From contig JBFWRI010000002.1 of NCBI GenBank assembly GCA_050248995.1, positions 17,355-81,354 of the forward strand: 64,000 nt of DNA, in the 5' to 3' direction. A program made the position numbers and the translations under genes. Each line of letters opens with the position of its first letter. Positions within the stretch are counted from its first letter, which is position 1. The notes under the pieces were generated by a model. It was given only the letters and a program-made list of their open reading frames with translations. It was not told the origin of the DNA and searched no databases. This DNA is from Bdellovibrionales bacterium (lineage in GTDB: Bacteria; Pseudomonadota; Alphaproteobacteria; JAIXQD01). Of this stretch, positions 21,778-30,685 are shown one piece after another.

Positions 21778-24700
21778 CGGTTTTTGGCAGCAGCCGGTTG
21801 TGCCTTGGCCGGCGCCTGCACCGACAGGCGCTGTTCCAGTTTCTTCAGGCGGTCTTCAAACTGCCTGTCTTTCACGTTCAGCTTCTGCTGCAGGCTGCCG
21901 TTTTCCTTCTTCAGCGCTGCATTCTCGGCTTTCAGCGCTTTCAGGTCGCCTTCCAGCGCGGCCAGACGCTTCTCAACGCTATCTTTCCAATCGAACAGCT
22001 GGGCGACCTTGGTTTGCAAGCCATCCACCATATCGATCAGCTTCTTGACGGCTTCGATGACCGGCAGCACCAACTTGTCGTATTGTACTGCCATAAAGCC
22101 TTTATCGTCACGGGTGATGACTTCCGGCAATACCTTCTCGACTTCCTGCGCGATCACACCGAAGTCGTCCTTATTATCCTTGTTCCACTTATAGTGAACA
22201 GCCTGCAGGCCTTTCACCACCAGGAAGGCATCGCGTTCGAAATTCTTCACATCATGCTTCAGGCGCGCGTCAGAGCTGTGGAAGTAACCGCCGGTCAGCA
22301 GGTTACCCGTAGCCGCAATAGCATAGCTGGCGTTCACAGCAGAGCCGTTCAGGCCGATCTTGCCGGTGAAAGTCACATCACCGCCGCTGGCTACGGTAAC
22401 ACGGGTTGTGTTTGTCGTACCAATCGTAACAGCAGCAGCTTCCTGCGCCACAATGCTAAGCGTACCAGTACCGCGATGGGTTAAAGTGCTGCCAGCGTTA
22501 GCGCCTGTATTATAACGAAGCAAGCGAAGACCATAATCGGTATAGGTATCATCGCCCACAAAGTCGATATAAGCATACCTGTTGCCCGAGCCCGCGGCGT
22601 TGACGGCAACCTCAGATGCAGAAATTGTGGTCGCGCTACTGGCTGTCAGCGAACCGGTGGCAGAGATAGCCCCCGTTACAGCAAGCGACGATGTTGTTAG
22701 CGTCGCATAAATCGAATTGTTGATGTACCAATAGTGCGCCGTGTCATTGCGATGGCGGTAGGCCCAGTTACCATCAGCGTCCAAAAAGCCGATATCATTG
22801 CTGCTGTTACCATAAACACGACCGCGCAGGGTGCCATCGCTGGTGCGCAGACCCAGGTTTACAACAGAGGCATCATTTGATTGGAGACTGAATAGAGAGG
22901 CGTTATCGCCATACATATATTGCGCGCCTGCAGCGCCGAACTTCAGGTAGTTACTATAAACGTGGACCCCACCGTCAACACGCAGGTTGCCAGGCGTATA
23001 AACACCACTGGTGAAGGCGCCGCCCTGGTTCAGGCGCAGCCAGCTGTCGTTGCTGCGGAAGGCTTCCTTGCCCTGCAGGTTGACGTTGTTGCCGGTTACC
23101 GCCAGCTTAGCCACACCGTCGGTTGTGATGGTCACCGTACCAGTACCGGCATCCACCACTTCCACACTGCTGTCACCCTCGCTGATGGTGTCGGTGGCTA
23201 CCGTGCCGGTAATGGTGCCGCTGACCGTCAGGTCGCCTGTGATGTTGGTGTTACCGGCCACGTTCAGCTTATAGGCGCCCGGATCCGAGATACCGACGCC
23301 AACGTCGCCATCGGCGGCAATACGGATACCCTTGGCGCTGGCCGACCACTGGCCGATTGTCAGGCCGCCATTTTCAACGGTGCCGCTTGAATAGACCAAT
23401 GTGCTGTCGCCAGCCACGACCATCGGGTTCCACGAAGCGCCAGTGCTGTTCGGGTTAATCGCGGTCCATTGCGTGCCATCCGTGGTGCGGATACCCCATG
23501 TCGCCGTCGCGCCCGTACCACGCTGTACGTTCAGACGTGAGCTGCTCATCGAGGTAGTGCCAAGACCAACGTCACCATTGTAGTCAAGGCGCATGCGCTC
23601 GGTTACCGACGCTGCGCCATCGGCTGTTGTGTAGAATACCAGTTGGCCCGGCATATCGTTGGTGCCGGGCGTTGTGCCGACTTCGGCCGTGATGCGCGCT
23701 GTCTCGATCGCCGTAGCGCCATCATAGGCATAGTAGCGAAGGTAACCGACATCGTCGCCCGAGCTGACGGCAGCCGCCGTGGTTGTATCACCACGGTATT
23801 TATAGAAGTTGAAGGTTCCCGGTGTTGCGTCATTGCTGTTGCGCTGCGCCATGAAGCCTGAGCCACCGGTCTCGCCACGCGAACGTATATAGGCGTTGCT
23901 AAGTGTAGTAGCGCTGCTTTGCAGTATGTCTATGGCGTAAGCGGGGCCAGTGGTGCCCATACCCAGGCGGCCACCACCCGTGAAACGGGCGATTTCGGCT
24001 ACCGTTGTATCGGTCGTGCCCGTTGAACCCCCACCATGGCCGCGAATGATGACACCCGAGCTACCGGTACCGGTCGCCGTACCACTGTTCAGGTACAGCC
24101 AGCCGCCATTGGTATCGGTTGCGCCGCTTTGTGCGCCACCGGCGGTAATGAACAGACTGTTGCCGGCGCCGCTTGACGCGCGTTCGATAGCGATGGTGCG
24201 GCTTGCACCCTGGCCAAGGGTAATTATTCCTGTCGTGGGGGCCGTCGTCGTACCGATACCCAGGCCCGTCGCGGTCAGGATCATCGCTGTGCTGCCGCCG
24301 CCCGAGTTATATTGCGTGGCGTTGTGGCTACCGCCGACATACCAGGCGAAGGCACTACCTGAACGGTTGTAAAGCGTGTTACTTTGCACGCCGATGCCGT
24401 AAGAAGCGTTGTACAGGTTGACCATCTGACGCACAGCAGCACCAAAGTTCAACTCGGCCGTGCCCACGATGTCGATATCATCAACATCAACCGTCAGCGC
24501 GGCAGTGCCGTCAGCTGTTACCGCGATGCTGCCGGTGCCTGCGTCGGTTACCGTAACGCTGCTGTCACCCTGCGTGATGCTGTTGCTGGCCACTGTGCCC
24601 GTTATGGTGCCGCTGACCGTCAGGTCGCCGGTGATGTTGGTGTTACCGGCCACGTTCAACTTATAGGCGCCGGGATCCGAGATGCCGATACCGATATCGC

Positions 24701-27700
24701 CGTCAGAGGCGATGCGCAAACCCTTGGCGCTGGCCGACCATGGGCCGATCGTCAACGCGCCGGTATCAATGCTGCCGTTGCTGTATGTTAACAGGAAGTC
24801 CCCTGCGGCTGTGAGTGTATTTGACGCGCCCGCCGATGCGTTGGGGTTGATTGATAAAAATTGCGTTCCATCGGTAAACTGCGCAGCTGCAGTGGCGCTG
24901 GCGCCGGCCGAACGTATAACATGCAGCTTTGTTGTTGGCGTTGATGTACCAACACCCACCAGGCCGGCCGCCGTTACGTTCAGCGGCAGTGAGCCTACGG
25001 CAGCACTTACGCCAATCCCCAGCACATCATCGGCTGCATCGGTCACATAGAAGTTGGCAAATGGGGTTGTGCCCGTGCCATCCGATTCACGAATAACAAA
25101 GCCATACTGGTCGTCTTCAGGTCGCACTTCGATCCAGCTTTGTGTTCCGCTTCCTGAAACCGTACTAATCACAAGAGAGCCGTTGGCAGCGGTGAAGAGA
25201 TCGGCGATTTCAACCGTTTCGGCGGCACCGCGGATGCGAATACCAGCCGAATTTGACATCGTATCAATATCCAACGGAGTGGCCGGTGACTGGCCGTTGA
25301 TACCGACATAGCCACTGTTGGCTGCAATCAGCGGCGTCACGGCGACGCCCGAAGTATTGGTTGTAATGATACTAATACCCGCAGCGACATAACTTGCACC
25401 TTGCGAAGCCGCAACAGCCTGAATCCATGCCGAGTTGCGGATGGTGCCGCCGCTATCGACGCCGCGGAACATCAAGGTGCCAAGGCCGTCCGATACGCTG
25501 ATGCTGTTATCCGACGGCCGCTTATCCAGAATGAAGTAGGGCCCGGTGGCGTCGGTATTGGTGTTTATAAGAACAACCTGTGAGCCATATGACTGCGCAC
25601 TGCTCATCACGGCAACGCCGCCACTCATATACATCTGCTGCGTACCGCCCGCCGTGAAACCAAGACTGTTTTCACCAACACGGTACATACCCGTATCGTT
25701 GCTGGTATCAGATGCAAACGTATAGGCAGGTGCAGCCGCTGAACCATTGGGCGCATGGATAAAGGCCGTTGATGTAACCACGCCGGCCGTAACTGTCAGT
25801 TCATCAGCGCCGCCGTCGGCATCCAGCACGATGTTACCAGTGCCGGCATCCGTGACTGTGGCATGGCTATCGCCTTCGGTGATGGCATTGCCCGAACCGC
25901 CACCGCCACTAAGAGAATTCAGCGCGGTCCAGCTGCCGCCGCTGTCTTTGTATTCAATCGCACCGGCGTTATCACGGATACCGTAACCTGTGCTGCCAAC
26001 CGTACTATCGAAGTTGATATAGCCGCTGGCCGGATGAACAACGTTGCCCGTAAAAGTGGCCTCGCCGTTCGTTAGATTGATCGTGAAGACATGTGCTTCG
26101 AAAGCGGTTGCCGCCGCGTTCCAGCGCGACAGGTAGAAGACATCGTCCCACGACTGGATATTCATTGCCTTGCCGTTGGCACCATTGTTATCGAGGAACG
26201 CCATATTGGCGCGGATCAAGGCAGCGCCATTTACGTCAAGCTTCATGGCCGGAGAATCGGTGCCGATGCCTACATATCCGGTTGCTGAGTCCGCCGCCAT
26301 GATGGGGTTGTGAACAACGCCACTGAACGAGTCGGTTGTATCCTGCAACAACAACTTGCCAGCGCCATTCAGCGCCCAACGGAAACCTGTTCCGTTAGCT
26401 TGAAGAAGTTCGATATCCGCGTAGTCAGAAGACGAGCGAATGACGCCAGCCACATCAAATTTCGCAGATGGGGTTGATGTGCCCACACCCACATTACCGG
26501 CTGCTGTAATATTAAATGGCAGCGAGCCTGCCGCCGCATTTACACCAATGCCCAGCACATCATCCGTAGTATCTGTGACATAGAAGTTGGCATAGGTAGT
26601 CAACGTAGAACCGTCTGATGCCCGCAGAATAAGGCCCGACGCATCGTCTTCGCCCCGCAGGTCAATATAACTGCTTGTTCCGGTGCCGCCCTTGGTGCTG
26701 ATAATTAAAGGACCGTTCGCGCCGACAAAAAGATCGGCGATTTCAACCGTTTCTGCCAAGCCGCGCAGACGCAATCCCGACGAGTTTGAAGCGGTATCAA
26801 TATCCAGCTTCGCGCCACTAGCACTGGCTGTGCCGATCGCCACGTTACCGGCCGGCATCAGGGCAATATCGCCGGCGTCAGTCGACAGGCGGAACTCAGC
26901 GCCGTTACTCATTGCCAGCAGGCCGTAACGGTCATTGCCTGTATCGTAGAGCTGCACGGTCTTGCCGTCACGCATATCGAACGACGAATTCATGCGGATA
27001 TCGCCGCTGCTGGCGGCAATCGCCACGCTGCCGCTGTCATCAAGGTTGAAATCAAGATTAACCGCGCCATCCAGCGTGATGGTGCTGCCGCTGTTGCTGA
27101 TGATTTCACCGGCAGCCAGCGTTAACGGAACAGCCGCTGTAATGCCGCCGGTCAAAGCCGTCATTACCGCAACACCATCAACGGTTGTTACAACGCTGCC
27201 CGTGCCGGCGTCGGTAACGACGACGCTGCTATCACCCTCGCTAATGCTTGTCGTACTACCGCCACCACCGCAACCGGTGCAGGTACCGCTAACCGTCAGG
27301 TCACCAGCGATAGTGACGGTGCCATCCGATGCGATTGTCAGTCGGTTATCTGTGCCGTTTGTCTTAAACGCCATCAGGTTGGTGGCGTGGTCATAGCGGA
27401 TTTGGCCGACGTTATCATCGGCATCATCGCCGAACATGATGTAGTTCATATTCGCAGCCGGTGACAGGAAGTTCAGTGCGATGTCGGCGTCATCTTCTAT
27501 GGTTATCCCGTTTGAACCATATCCGTGCGGCGTACCGCCACTGGCGCCACTGTATATATGCAGCTTGGCCAGTGGGGTGATCGAGCCACCGATACCAACC
27601 CGGCCGCTGCTGTTAATGCGCATGCGCTCGGTTACCGAGCTGGCGCCATCAGCTGTGGTGAAGAACATCAGGCGGCCTGGCATATCGTTGGTGCCTGGCG

Positions 27701-30458
27701 TTCCGTCAACGGCCGCATAAATCTGCGCCCCAGGAATACCCGCCGCGCCATCATAGCCATAGAACGTCATATAACCAAGGTGATCACCCGACTGTACGAT
27801 TGAACTGTTGCGATACTTATAATAAGCCAGGCCGCCACCCGATGCGTCGTTTGATGTGTCAACAACCTGATAACTGGCGAAGTTGTCACTTGTTACCCGA
27901 ACTGTAGAGTTGGCGCCGGAGCGGTATACGTTCAGGGCCGCGCCATTCGCCGCGCCGCCGATGCCCACATCACCGCTGGCGTCGATGCGCAGGCGCTGCG
28001 TACCGGCGGTTGCAAAACTCAGCTCGTCTGTACCGCTCAGATACATGCCGTTCGTGTCATCTGACGTAAAGCTATAACTGGGCGCAGCGGCCGAACCGTC
28101 AACCGCCAGCACGCGCACGCCGGTATCATCACCAATGGTGCCACCGTCAACATCGTCACCGCTAACGGTCAGCACCGCCGGCGCCCATGCGCTGCCATTA
28201 TATTTCAGGTACTCACCGCTATTCGGGTCGGTGGTTGAAACCGCTATACCCTGAATGGCGTCCACAACCGTGGTCAGCGTAATGTTGCCCGTGCCATCGA
28301 ACGAAACGCCTGTTGCATCAGCGTCACCGCTGGCGCCGATGGTGCGGGCTGTCTGCAGGGCGGTCGCCGTGCTGGCGTTACCCGTTAAGGCGCCGACAAA
28401 ACTGGACGCCGTAACAGCGCCGGTTGTGCCGTCGATCGTCATGCGGTCCACACCGTTAGTGCGGAAAATAAGGTTGCCTGTGCCCAGCGACGCCATACGC
28501 AGGTGGCCGTTACCGCTGGCACCATAGGCCGAGATTTCAACCGGTGTCGTGGTGCTGATGCCGCCGGTCATGCGGAAGCTGCGATCTGCACCGGCCGTAC
28601 CGGCGATGCGCGCCTGTTCTTCGTTGTTGATCTTGAAGATGATCAGACCGTCTGCATCGTCAACTTCGACGCCACTGTCGCCGTCGCCAATGGTGGAGCC
28701 ACTTGATACAGCGGCCCAGGTGCCGTCACCCCGCAGGAACAGGTTTTCTTCGCCCGCCGCTGGAACCGGCACACCGCCTAGCGTCCCGTCATCACCCGAC
28801 GTTGCCCCGCTAAAGGCCGGGACTTCCGATTGCATGATAGCGGCAGCCGTGTAGGCACCCGCACCGGTGCGTTTTACGAACCCCGTGCTCGAAAGGCCGG
28901 CAAGACCAGCAAGTTCAGCACTATAGGCCTGCACGTCACTGCCAATCGCCACACCCAGATTGGTGCGAGCGCCCGCGGCTGTGCCAGCCCCTGTACCGCC
29001 TGATGCCACTGGCACCACACCTGTAATATTACTGCCATCCACACTGCCGGCACTGCCCGACACGTTACCGGTCACGTTACCCGTCAGGTTGCCAACGAAG
29101 TTCGTGGCGGTGATCGATCCGTCCGCCGTGATATCTCCGGTTACGCCCAACGATGCTGCTGTAATGTCGGTAGCAGCAAGATCGCCCACTGTCGCATCGC
29201 CGGCCGTCAACGCACCCAGTGTGGTCGCCCCGGTTACGCCAAACGTACCGGTGACTGTGGCGTTCGTTGTTACACTTAGCGAGTTAAGTGTTGAAAGGCC
29301 GCTTGAGGCTAAGGTTGTGGTCGATGTCGCGCCCAGTGTCGTGGCGCCAGCTGTCAGTGCCGCCAGCGTTGTTGCGCCATCCACTTCCAACGTGCCCGAT
29401 AAACCCGCATTCGTTCCTGAAATGTCGGTAACAACGCTAAGCGCCGCACCGCCGGTGCCACCAATGCTACCTGTGGTAATCGACGTAGCGCTGAAACTGT
29501 TGGCGCTGGCAACTGCCACAGCCGTATCGCCTTCAACCAGCAAGTCACCGTTAACAACCAGATCACCACGGAAGCGACCGTCACCACCAATGTCCAGGCT
29601 TTTACTGGTATCAACACTGGCCGTATCAAGACCGACGGCCACACGCGCCGACGAAGGATCAATACCGAAACCGAATGTACCACCGCCCTGCGCCTGCCAT
29701 GTGGCGCTGCGAGCCATCACGTTAGCGACCGACATGAATTCGACCTTATCGTCGCTGCCGCTGGCCGGCAGGTTATCGGTCGCATCATCGCAATCGGTGG
29801 CCAGAATGCCGTCAGCGCCAGCTGAAATGATGGCGATTGAGGGTTGATCGCGATCGGCCTGCAAATTTTCCCAGCGGCACATGATGTAATAGCGACCCCA
29901 CGGGTCAAGCTGGCGCACACCGCCATCGGTCGGGATCGCGCCGACAGACTCGGCCGCACCCTGCGCAGCCACTTCGGTGATGGCAACGCTGCCGCCGGAA
30001 TCTTTCGGGATGCGCGCCGCGTCAAGCGTGTTCCAGGCGACAACAGCCGGCGGATCAAGCGTTAGCGTTCCACTGTTCATCAGTGAGCGTGACGACACGA
30101 CTTCGCTGGCCATGCGAATCTGGTTACGCACCGAGTTGTCAGCGGTGATTTCCACATTCGAACGCAGAATTTGTGTGTAGCCGGTGAACAGTACCGTACC
30201 CGCGATACCAGCCAATGCGATGATGTACAGAATGGGCGCCAGCGCGAAACCAAGCATCATCCGCGCGGCCCACGATTTTTGCGGGCGCGCACGCGCACAA
30301 TTCGAGAGGCGCGATGCTTTTTTCATGACATGCCATTTTAAGGCCAAACGGGTTAACAGCTCCTTATCTCGTGCATTTATCGTCTTGAAGCGGAACGATT
30401 TTGGTGAATGAACGGTAAAAAATGGGCAGCTTTTGAGCTTTCCCGCCGGTCTATGCAC
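21774..30458 (-). CDS. Giant 2894-aa modular fibre protein with three parts:
- a TadE/TadG-like N-terminal membrane anchor;
- a long Gly/Thr/Ala/Ser/Asp-rich repetitive fibre;
- a C-terminal S74-type tail-fibre intramolecular chaperone domain plus coiled coil
   Basis: The N-terminus has a basic stretch followed by MMLGFALAPILYIIALAGIAGTVLF, which resembles the TadE_N pseudopilin motif. The body has repeated GT(S/A)GTG and TDAGTGS units and large internal duplications. The C-terminus HSSDARLKHDV...FGVIAQEVEKVLPEV...VQYDKLVLPVIEAVKKL matches the endosialidase/tail-spike chaperone (Peptidase_S74) pattern. A heptad coiled coil LAALEGDLKALKAENAALKKEN follows. The start could be at 30326 (MKKASRL...) or 30260. 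Confidence 0.8.
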   Translation of the reverse strand: MHRPAGKLKSCPFFTVHSPKSFRFKTINARDKELLTRLALKWHVMKKASRLSNCARARPQKSWAARMMLGFALAPILYIIALAGIAGTVLFTGYTQILRSNVEITADNSVRNQIRMASEVVSSRSLMNSGTLTLDPPAVVAWNTLDAARIPKDSGGSVAITEVAAQGAAESVGAIPTDGGVRQLDPWGRYYIMCRWENLQADRDQPSIAIISAGADGILATDCDDATDNLPASGSDDKVEFMSVANVMARSATWQAQGGGTFGFGIDPSSARVAVGLDTASVDTSKSLDIGGDGRFRGDLVVNGDLLVEGDTAVAVASANSFSATSITTGSIGGTGGAALSVVTDISGTNAGLSGTLEVDGATTLAALTAGATTLGATSTTTLASSGLSTLNSLSVTTNATVTGTFGVTGATTLGALTAGDATVGDLAATDITAASLGVTGDITADGSITATNFVGNLTGNVTGNVSGSAGSVDGSNITGVVPVASGGTGAGTAAGARTNLGVAIGSDVQAYSAELAGLAGLSSTGFVKRTGAGAYTAAAIMQSEVPAFSGATSGDDGTLGGVPVPAAGEENLFLRGDGTWAAVSSGSTIGDGDSGVEVDDADGLIIFKINNEEQARIAGTAGADRSFRMTGGISTTTPVEISAYGASGNGHLRMASLGTGNLIFRTNGVDRMTIDGTTGAVTASSFVGALTGNASTATALQTARTIGASGDADATGVSFDGTGNITLTTVVDAIQGIAVSTTDPNSGEYLKYNGSAWAPAVLTVSGDDVDGGTIGDDTGVRVLAVDGSAAAPSYSFTSDDTNGMYLSGTDELSFATAGTQRLRIDASGDVGIGGAANGAALNVYRSGANSTVRVTSDNFASYQVVDTSNDASGGGLAYYKYRNSSIVQSGDHLGYMTFYGYDGAAGIPGAQIYAAVDGTPGTNDMPGRLMFFTTADGASSVTERMRINSSGRVGIGGSITPLAKLHIYSGASGGTPHGYGSNGITIEDDADIALNFLSPAANMNYIMFGDDADDNVGQIRYDHATNLMAFKTNGTDNRLTIASDGTVTIAGDLTVSGTCTGCGGGGSTTSISEGDSSVVVTDAGTGSVVTTVDGVAVMTALTGGITAAVPLTLAAGEIISNSGSTITLDGAVNLDFNLDDSGSVAIAASSGDIRMNSSFDMRDGKTVQLYDTGNDRYGLLAMSNGAEFRLSTDAGDIALMPAGNVAIGTASASGAKLDIDTASNSSGLRLRGLAETVEIADLFVGANGPLIISTKGGTGTSSYIDLRGEDDASGLILRASDGSTLTTYANFYVTDTTDDVLGIGVNAAAGSLPFNITAAGNVGVGTSTPSAKFDVAGVIRSSSDYADIELLQANGTGFRWALNGAGKLLLQDTTDSFSGVVHNPIMAADSATGYVGIGTDSPAMKLDVNGAALIRANMAFLDNNGANGKAMNIQSWDDVFYLSRWNAAATAFEAHVFTINLTNGEATFTGNVVHPASGYINFDSTVGSTGYGIRDNAGAIEYKDSGGSWTALNSLSGGGGSGNAITEGDSHATVTDAGTGNIVLDADGGADELTVTAGVVTSTAFIHAPNGSAAAPAYTFASDTSNDTGMYRVGENSLGFTAGGTQQMYMSGGVAVMSSAQSYGSQVVLINTNTDATGPYFILDKRPSDNSISVSDGLGTLMFRGVDSGGTIRNSAWIQAVAASQGASYVAAGISIITTNTSGVAVTPLIAANSGYVGINGQSPATPLDIDTMSNSAGIRIRGAAETVEIADLFTAANGSLVISTVSGSGTQSWIEVRPEDDQYGFVIRESDGTGTTPFANFYVTDAADDVLGIGVSAAVGSLPLNVTAAGLVGVGTSTPTTKLHVIRSAGASATAAAQFTDGTQFLSINPNASAGASNTLTAAGDFLLTYSNGSIDTGALTIGPWSASAKGLRIASDGDIGIGISDPGAYKLNVAGNTNITGDLTVSGTITGTVASNSITQGDSSVTVTDAGTGSIAVTADGTAALTVDVDDIDIVGTAELNFGAAVRQMVNLYNASYGIGVQSNTLYNRSGSAFAWYVGGSHNATQYNSGGGSTAMILTATGLGIGTTTAPTTGIITLGQGASRTIAIERASSGAGNSLFITAGGAQSGATDTNGGWLYLNSGTATGTGSSGVIIRGHGGGSTGTTDTTVAEIARFTGGGRLGMGTTGPAYAIDILQSSATTLSNAYIRSRGETGGSGFMAQRNSNDATPGTFNFYKYRGDTTTAAAVSSGDDVGYLRYYAYDGATAIETARITAEVGTTPGTNDMPGQLVFYTTADGAASVTERMRLDYNGDVGLGTTSMSSSRLNVQRGTGATATWGIRTTDGTQWTAINPNSTGASWNPMVVAGDSTLVYSSGTVENGGLTIGQWSASAKGIRIAADGDVGVGISDPGAYKLNVAGNTNITGDLTVSGTITGTVATDTISEGDSSVEVVDAGTGTVTITTDGVAKLAVTGNNVNLQGKEAFRSNDSWLRLNQGGAFTSGVYTPGNLRVDGGVHVYSNYLKFGAAGAQYMYGDNASLFSLQSNDASVVNLGLRTSDGTLRGRVYGNSSNDIGFLDADGNWAYRHRNDTAHYWYINNSIYATLTTSSLAVTGAISATGSLTASSATTISASEVAVNAAGSGNRYAYIDFVGDDTYTDYGLRLLRYNTGANAGSTLTHRGTGTLSIVAQEAAAVTIGTTNTTRVTVASGGDVTFTGKIGLNGSAVNASYAIAATGNLLTGGYFHSSDARLKHDVKNFERDAFLVVKGLQAVHYKWNKDNKDDFGVIAQEVEKVLPEVITRDDKGFMAVQYDKLVLPVIEAVKKLIDMVDGLQTKVAQLFDWKDSVEKRLAALEGDLKALKAENAALKKENGSLQQKLNVKDRQFEDRLKKLEQRLSVQAPAKAQPAAAKNR
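23165..23375. repeat. Intragenic repeat A, copy 1; about 90% identical to 24556-24766
   Basis: Read directly from the sequence. The shared stretch is gctgaccgtcaggtcgcc...ggtgttaccggccacgttca...ataggcgcc.ggatccgaga...cccttggcgctggccgacca. It encodes SDPGAYKLNVAGNTNITGDLTVSGTITGTVA in the giant protein. Confidence 0.8.
24556..24766. repeat. Intragenic repeat A, copy 2
   Basis: Lies 1391 bp from copy 1, which is about 465 aa in the protein. The short plus-strand mirror ORFs 23011-23274 and 24460-24666 end in nearly identical peptides, confirming the duplication. Confidence 0.8.
24900..25300. repeat. Intragenic repeat B, copy 1; related to about 26470-26830
   Basis: The shared stretches are gatcggcgatttcaaccgtttc, ggtatcaatatcca and gcagc.cttac.ccaat.cccagcacatcatc...atagaagttggca. 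It encodes the module LR(L/I)RG(L/A)AETVEIADLF...ANFYVTD..DDVLGIGV. Confidence 0.7.
26470..26830. repeat. Intragenic repeat B, copy 2
   Basis: See copy 1. The spacing is about 1570 bp. Confidence 0.7.
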
Positions 30459-30591
30459 AGAAGTCTAATGAAAGATTAAAAATTCGGGACGCAGAAGAGT
30501 TGACATAACGCCCCCGTATCAGCTTTATTGCCCCACCACTGAACCCCGGGACGCGGCTACTCACGCAGCAGCACATGCCCGGCAAACAGGC

Positions 30592-30668
<77 letters not shown>

Positions 30669-30685
30669 CTATTCCATGAAAAGTT

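Noticed and set aside
28960-29847. Long plus-strand ORFs inside the giant minus-strand gene, rich in Pro/Val/Ala/Thr (for example 28960-29847 at 295 aa, 26962-27396, 23950-24372)
   Set aside because: They are antisense shadows of Gly/Thr/Ala codons (GGN, ACN, GCN). They have no starts with an SD and are fully contained in a coherent 2894-aa frame with clear domain logic.
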